DNA of 64,000 bases from the NCBI GenBank assembly GCA_017613355.1, contig JAGAEA010000022.1, positions 6,209 through 70,208 on the forward strand, written 5' to 3'. Shown piece by piece: positions 58,557 through 64,000 of this stretch. The stretch's first letter is position 1, and the number at the start of each line of letters is the position of its first letter. This DNA is from Clostridia bacterium (lineage in GTDB: Bacteria > Bacillota > Clostridia > Oscillospirales > CAG-272). Under the pieces are notes generated by a model. That model was not told the origin of the DNA and did no database searches. It was given only the letters and a program-made list of their open reading frames with translations. Made by a program: the position numbers and the translations under genes.

Positions 58557-59318
58557 TTACCTATCTTTGACAACTTCTCCGTTATCCCACTCTCTTTGTC
58601 TAACGACATTGAAAGACTCCGGCCTTTCATTTCCTTGGCCTATATCACTTCGTTTAAAAACAACTAAAATTGTATCGATTAAAATCTTAATATCACCAAA
58701 CAAAGAATACTTTTTCACGTATTTTAAATCGTATTCAAATCTTTTTTCCCACGATGCGGTATTTCTTCCATGTACTTGAGCTAATCCCGTTAATCCAGGT
58801 CTTACATCGTGCCTATGAAATTCCTCTTTGGAATAGTATGGCAAATAAATGGTAGCAAGTGGTCTTGGACCAACAATACTCATATCACCTTTGAAAATGT
58901 TCCAAAGCTCAGGCAATTCATCAAGACTTAATGCTCTTAATAATCTACCAAATTTGGTTAATCTTTCTTCATCAGAAAGAATATCAATTCCTTTTTCAAC
59001 ACACTCGAGTCTTTCTTTATCCGTCAACACTTTCCCATCTCTCGTTTGTGGAGGGAGCATGGAACGGAATTTGCACATTTTGAATATTTTCCCGTCTTTA
59101 CCAGGACGCTCTTGCCGAAAAATAACTGGACTGCCTAATTTCGCACGGACCAGTAACGATAGAATAAGTAGTGGAATAGAAAAAACTATCAAGGCAATCC
59201 CCGATAAAAAAACGTCATAAAATCGCTTAAAAAAATGCCTATATAATAATGCCGATAACAAAACCCAAAGCAAAACAGAACCAAGAACTATTGCTAATAT
59301 CCAGTACCATTCCATCAT
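58557..59318 (-). CDS. Priming phosphoglycosyl transferase (bacterial sugar transferase)
   Basis: KRFYD, FRQERPG, KFRSM, SLDELPEL, VGPRP, RPGLTGLAQV. Confidence 0.92.
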   Translation of the reverse strand: MMEWYWILAIVLGSVLLWVLLSALLYRHFFKRFYDVFLSGIALIVFSIPLLILSLLVRAKLGSPVIFRQERPGKDGKIFKMCKFRSMLPPQTRDGKVLTDKERLECVEKGIDILSDEERLTKFGRLLRALSLDELPELWNIFKGDMSIVGPRPLATIYLPYYSKEEFHRHDVRPGLTGLAQVHGRNTASWEKRFEYDLKYVKKYSLFGDIKILIDTILVVFKRSDIGQGNERPESFNVVRQREWDNGEVVKDR

Positions 59319-60592
59319 TCAAAACACCTTCTGATAACTTCTATGATTCTGTCTTGTTCCTCTGGGGTCATTTTATTGTCAGATGGTAAACAACATCCTC
59401 TAGCAAAGATATCTGCACCAACATCCTTAACTCCACCAGCTATATAAGCATTTGTTTTCGCTCTGATTGAGCCATCTCTGCCAACACATTCATGCATCCG
59501 GTACATCGGCTGCATATGCATCGGCTTCCAAATCGGTCTGCCCTCGGCATTCAGCGCGGAGATCTTTTCGAGAATCTCCGTTGGACAAGTTTTCCCCTTT
59601 CCCTTGATGTAAAGCGCGGTGCTGTCGTCCCGCACCTGTTTGCACATATAGTCGGGTTCAATGATCAACGCGGAAAGCCAATAGTTCGGTACCGTTCCTT
59701 CGGTAATCGGGTTCATCTGTACGGGCAAGTCTTTCAGCCCTTCCTTGTAGCGTTCATAAATCGCCTTTTTCTGCGCGATATGCGCTCCCAGATAGGGGTA
59801 CTGTCCGCGAATCACTCCCGCGATAACATTGCTCATGCGGTAGTTGTATCCAACCTCTTCATGCTGATACCACGGAGCCGCTTCCCTTGCCTGCGTACTC
59901 CATTTTCTCGCTTTATTTGCGACTTCCAGATCATTGGTCAAAAGGCAACCGCCGCTGCTTCCGGTGATGATTTTATTGCCGTTATATGAAACAGCGGCAT
60001 AGTCACCGAAACTACCACAGGGTTGTCCATTCAGGTACGCGCCCATTGCTTCAGCGGCATCTTCAATTAAAAGCGCACCATGCTTATGGCAAATTTCTCT
60101 GATTAAATCAATTCTTCCCGGAAATCCATACAATTCGGCACAGACCACCAATTTGACATCCGGATATAATTCAAAAGCCTTTTCAAGAGCGACCGGATCC
60201 ATATTCCATGATTCTCTTTCGGTGTCAATGAAAACAGGAATGCCGCCTTCATAAACGACCGGATTAAGCGTTGCGCCGAATGTCATATCAGAGCAGAATA
60301 CTCGCTTGCCTTCTAAAGAACCATGGGAAACAGCAGGTTTGCCGTATAATCTTTCACCGGCGAATTTCACGCATAAATGGAGAGCGGACGTACAGTTACA
60401 TAAAGCCACCGCATATTTGACACCGGCTTGTTTTGCTGCCAGTCTTTCAACTTCGTTTATGTTTTCGCCAACGGTTGACATCCAATTGGTGTTATATGCC
60501 TCAGTCATGTATTTGAGTTCTTCACCGTGCATGGTAGGAGAAGCCAGATAGACCTTTTTCTCAAACGGTTTTAACTCTTTCCCTTCAAACAT
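59315..60592 (-). CDS. DegT/DnrJ family sugar aminotransferase (PglE/EpsN-like)
   Basis: IEDAAEAMG, SYNGNKIITGSSGG, GYNYRMSN, RPIWKPMH, CLPS. Confidence 0.92.
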   Translation of the reverse strand: MFEGKELKPFEKKVYLASPTMHGEELKYMTEAYNTNWMSTVGENINEVERLAAKQAGVKYAVALCNCTSALHLCVKFAGERLYGKPAVSHGSLEGKRVFCSDMTFGATLNPVVYEGGIPVFIDTERESWNMDPVALEKAFELYPDVKLVVCAELYGFPGRIDLIREICHKHGALLIEDAAEAMGAYLNGQPCGSFGDYAAVSYNGNKIITGSSGGCLLTNDLEVANKARKWSTQAREAAPWYQHEEVGYNYRMSNVIAGVIRGQYPYLGAHIAQKKAIYERYKEGLKDLPVQMNPITEGTVPNYWLSALIIEPDYMCKQVRDDSTALYIKGKGKTCPTEILEKISALNAEGRPIWKPMHMQPMYRMHECVGRDGSIRAKTNAYIAGGVKDVGADIFARGCCLPSDNKMTPEEQDRIIEVIRRCFE

Positions 60593-60763
60593 CCTGCAGC
60601 GTTCTCCTTTTGGGATTACTCTTTTCCATTCTCTCAATTCATCAAAAAAGCGGCAAAGACCGATTGTTCCTGTCAAAACTGCGTTGAAATGGTGTAAAAG
60701 TGCTTTTCGTTCAAATCAGACATCGGGGATTTCCGCAAAGTATAGAATTGATAATTATTCCTA

Positions 60764-60808
60764 TATATTATACACTTATATTATACACTCCAAGCAAGTA
60801 AAAGTCAA
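60764..60808 (-). promoter_or_regulatory. Capsule-locus promoter with tandemly duplicated -10 region
   Basis: TTGACT-N17-TATAAT; the 13-mer tatattatacact occurs twice in tandem (60764-60789). Confidence 0.7.
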
Positions 60809-61512
60809 TAGTTTTATGACTTTTTGTAGGTTCGGACATTAGAAATTGGGGGAAATCCGTCAGTTAGCTTTTAACATATCGCGTATTGGATGCGTCGATC
60901 AGCTTTTTCGGTCGGAAAGGGCAAATAAAACGTAATTAAGAATATGCGGGAAAACATTTTTTGAATGTAGCGGTTTTCGTTGCATTCTTTTGTTATGAGC
61001 GAGTTACACACAAAATATGAATAAATTGTAAATCCTGAACTTTTTTGAAATTAGTTTTTGAAAATGCCGTTTTTTTCGGCTATAGAAGTGAAGGATCCAG
61101 TAAAATGGAAGGGACAAAAAATCATTTATTTTCAAGCCCGTTTTTTCTCCTTTTCTTTTCGTTCAACCGTTGATCGGTTCTTTCAGCTCGTCAAAATAGT
61201 AGTATCTCGTATATGCGTGATATTCAACTTTGAAAAACGTCCCCGTTTCGGGCAACAGATATTGTTTCATAATGTCTCCTTCTTTTTCCCATTCCTGTCC
61301 GTTTTTTATATTCTCATATTCTTTTTCCAAAAAAATCAATAGATAAATCTGTGCAATTTCCCTTTATTAGCACAATATAATTCTCTTTTTCGTGTTTTTG
61401 CGCCGCAAGAAAGAGAAAACCTCCGACGGAAGTCGGATGGCATTGATAACGACCGCTCTCTGTGCGATATACTTGCGCGCGGCATAAGTAAAAACGAGAT
61501 CGAACCGATAAC

Positions 61513-61549
61513 AAAAAACCTGCTTTTGTTTGGTAAAAGCAGGTTTTTT
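61513..61549. terminator. Intrinsic terminator after the MgtC-like gene
   Basis: aaaaaacctgctttt...aaaagcaggtttttt. Confidence 0.8.
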
Positions 61550-61567
61550 GTTTGTAAACGTCCGACG

Positions 61568-62269
61568 TTAAGTACCCGGCAAAATCGAAACGGTTTTGAC
61601 GACTTCTTTCCCCATCAAATATTCGGTAATGTCTTCCACCGACACCTGACGAGGGACGCGCAAGATCAGATCGTATGTAATTTCCCCGTTTTCCTTTGCT
61701 TCCATTCTGGTTTCGGCAATTTGCGTTTTATGTTCTTTCAAATAGTCCAAAAACGGTTGCCGGAACGCGGAGTCATTCAGTACGGTAAATTGCAGATGCG
61801 AAACGGAAAAAGCATCCACGCCCACCTGCACCTTGTGCATAATGAACTGCAACAGCACGATCACAACCGTTGCAAAGCCTCCGATGACATACATCCCGGC
61901 GCCAACCGCAAGACCGATGCCGGACGTTGCCCAAATGCCTGCCGCCGTTGTAAGTCCCTTGACGGTTGCTCCGTTCCGGAAAATAACGCCCGCGCCGAGA
62001 AAGCTGACGCCGGTAACGACCTGCGCCGCAATACGGGCGGGATCCGCTTTGTTATCAATGTCGCCAAAGGCATATTTGGAAACGATCATCATCAGCGCGG
62101 CGGCAAAACATACCATAATGTGGGTGCGAATACCCGCTTCCTTAAATCGTTTGCTGCGTTCAACGCCAATGCAGGCGCCGCAAATGCAAGCAAACACGAT
62201 GCGCAGGAAAAACTCCCCCATTTGCAGCCATGAAAACTGATTGTGCAAAACTTCCGCCAATGTGTTCAT
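61568..62269 (-). CDS. MgtC/SapB family membrane protein
   Basis: IGVER, AGIRTH, DPARIAAQVVTGVSFLGAG, GLTTAAGIW. Confidence 0.92.
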   Translation of the reverse strand: MNTLAEVLHNQFSWLQMGEFFLRIVFACICGACIGVERSKRFKEAGIRTHIMVCFAAALMMIVSKYAFGDIDNKADPARIAAQVVTGVSFLGAGVIFRNGATVKGLTTAAGIWATSGIGLAVGAGMYVIGGFATVVIVLLQFIMHKVQVGVDAFSVSHLQFTVLNDSAFRQPFLDYLKEHKTQIAETRMEAKENGEITYDLILRVPRQVSVEDITEYLMGKEVVKTVSILPGT

Positions 62270-62519
62270 AATAATCTCCTCTCTTTGGTTCACGAAACCG
62301 CCCGACAGCGGTGAAAAACAAAACCGCGTGTCTCAACAGAGGCAAGCCCACGCAGATATATTATATATTATATGGCACGAAAGGTGAATTGTCAAGTCAT
62401 TTTGTAATAAAATACAATTTTTCAGACAAAATCTTGCTTTTTTGCCTTTTTGCTTCGATCAACAAGGGCAGCCACCGCGAAAGCGGTGGCCGTTCCCGTT
62501 ATAAACCTTGGTTGCATTC

Positions 62520-63998
62520 TTATTCCAGCTCGAATGCGCCGGTGTAGAGTTGATAATACTGTCCCTTTTCGGCGATCAGCTTTTCATGGTTGCCCCGCTC
62601 GATGATGCGCCCGTGGTCAAGAACCATGATAACGTCCGAATTGCGGACAGTGGAAAGCCTATGCGCAATGACGAACACCGTTCTTCCCTTCATCAAAGCG
62701 TCCATTCCCTTTTGCACGATGGCTTCGGTGCGTGTGTCGATCGACGACGTTGCTTCGTCGAGGATCATGACGGGCGGGTCGGCAACCGCCGCTCGTGCGA
62801 TGGCAATGAGCTGTCTCTGCCCCTGCGAGAGATTGGCGCCGTTGTTGGTCAGCTCGGTGTCGTATCCCTTCGGCAGTCGGGTGATGAAGTCGTCCGCGCC
62901 CGCGAGCTTCGCGGCGGCGACACATTCCCCGTCGGTCGCGTCGAGTTTGCCGTAGCGGATGTTGTCCATGACCGTTCCCGTGAAGAGATTGGTCTCTTGC
63001 AGAACGATGCCGAGCGAACGGCGCAAGTCGGATTTTTTGATCTTATTGATGTTGATCCCGTCGTAGCGGATCTTGCCGTCGGCGATGTCGTAGAAACGGT
63101 TGATCAGGTTGGTGATCGTCGTTTTGCCTGCGCCAGTGGCTCCCACGAACGCCACCTTCTGCCCCGGCTCCGCAAACACGCTGACGTCATGCAGAACGGG
63201 TTTTCCCTCTTCATAGGCAAAATCCACGTTCGTCAGGCGCACGTCGCCTTTGAGCTCGGTGTAGGTCAGAGTTCCGTTCTCGTGCGGATGCTTCCATGCC
63301 CATCTGCCCGTGTGTCGATCGGTTTCGGTCACGGTTCCGTCCGCCGCGATCTCGGCATTGACAAGGGTCACATAGCCGTTGTCCGCTTCGGGCTTTTGAT
63401 CCACGAGCGTGAAAATGCGGTCGGCTCCCGCCATTGCCATCACGACCGAATTGATCTGCTGGGTGACCTGGTTGATGTTCCCCGTGAACTGCCGCGTCAT
63501 GGAAAGAAACGCCACCACGATACCCACGCCGATCACAGGATCGGCTTTGCCGAAGAGAACGCCGACGCTCGGATTATACGCGCCGCCCACCAGAAGCAGG
63601 CACCCGATCATGACGATAATGACGTAGAGCAGATTTCCGATGTTCATGATGATCGGCGCCAGCATATTGGCGTAACCGTGGGCGCGGTAGGTGTTCTCAT
63701 AGAGCTCGTTGTTGATGCGGTCGAAGTCTTCCATCGCCTCGCCTTCGTGGTTGAACACCTTGACCACTTTCTGCCCGTTCATTATCTCCTGCACGTAGCC
63801 TTCCTCGGCGCCCACCGATTTCTGCATGCGGATAAAGAACCTTGCGGAACCGCCGCCGAGCTTGCCCGAAACAAGGAACATCAAAAGTACGCCCGCAACC
63901 ACGATCAGCGTCAGCCACGCGCTGTACCAAAGCATGATGAAGAACACGCTGACAACAATCGTCCCCGCACGGATCAGCGTTGGAAGCGATTGCCCAAT
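62520..63998 (-). CDS. ABC exporter, fused permease and ATPase (5' end beyond the window)
   Basis: TM domain, GATGAGKT Walker A, LSQGQ signature, ILDEATS, IAHRL. Confidence 0.93.
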   Translation of the reverse strand: MGQSLPTLIRAGTIVVSVFFIMLWYSAWLTLIVVAGVLLMFLVSGKLGGGSARFFIRMQKSVGAEEGYVQEIMNGQKVVKVFNHEGEAMEDFDRINNELYENTYRAHGYANMLAPIIMNIGNLLYVIIVMIGCLLLVGGAYNPSVGVLFGKADPVIGVGIVVAFLSMTRQFTGNINQVTQQINSVVMAMAGADRIFTLVDQKPEADNGYVTLVNAEIAADGTVTETDRHTGRWAWKHPHENGTLTYTELKGDVRLTNVDFAYEEGKPVLHDVSVFAEPGQKVAFVGATGAGKTTITNLINRFYDIADGKIRYDGININKIKKSDLRRSLGIVLQETNLFTGTVMDNIRYGKLDATDGECVAAAKLAGADDFITRLPKGYDTELTNNGANLSQGQRQLIAIARAAVADPPVMILDEATSSIDTRTEAIVQKGMDALMKGRTVFVIAHRLSTVRNSDVIMVLDHGRIIERGNHEKLIAEKGQYYQLYTGAFELE

Positions 63999-64000
63999 GA

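Noticed and set aside
60820-61510. Coding genes in the long gap before the MgtC-family gene
   Set aside because: Only short ORFs; the best RBS (aaggag) leads to ATG AAA CAA TAA, and no product can be supported.

Overview
A 64-kb chromosomal segment from a moderately high-GC Clostridia-like Firmicute (inferred from gene families, near-consensus sigmaA promoters, the glmS ribozyme and a c-di-GMP-I riboswitch; probably an uncultured gut/rumen lineage). Core blocks: acyl-CoA synthetase and amidohydrolase; glmM, a GlmU-like acyltransferase, the glmS ribozyme and glmS; purA-purB-guaA plus a second, synthetase-only guaA; aquaporin; a hybrid kinase/lipoprotein/REC-GGDEF-EAL/Hpt phosphorelay; tRNA-Gly(CCC); a riboswitch-led surface-protein operon whose ~1260-codon gene is broken by one in-frame TGA; cysS; a ~27-kb capsule/EPS locus (34-60.6 kb); mgtC and an ABC exporter. 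Two observations stand out. (1) Inside the capsule locus, an overlapping gene pair encodes a 63-aa single-TM peptide whose C-terminus (EIKDNSGVAVGVNEGEMHV) matches the N-terminus of the next, LPO_1073/Vpar_1526-like protein (EIENNNGVAVTENAGTINV). This is the architecture of amyloid-signalling defence pairs, but without an NLR or Bell domain. (2) At 2.0-4.5 kb, AT-rich cassettes are bounded by three copies of a terminator-plus-promoter module and carry shredded Rhs core/toxin fragments ahead of candidate immunity genes, resembling an orphan-immunity array. Also noted: two disabled type I toxin-antitoxin-like loci, long inverted copies of the guaA and tRNA 3' ends, an XRE-HTH fused to FnlA, an Mrr-like nuclease inside the fnl operon, and a MenD-like/SDR set suggesting a branched sugar. 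All assignments come from reading the sequence by eye; no searches were run.
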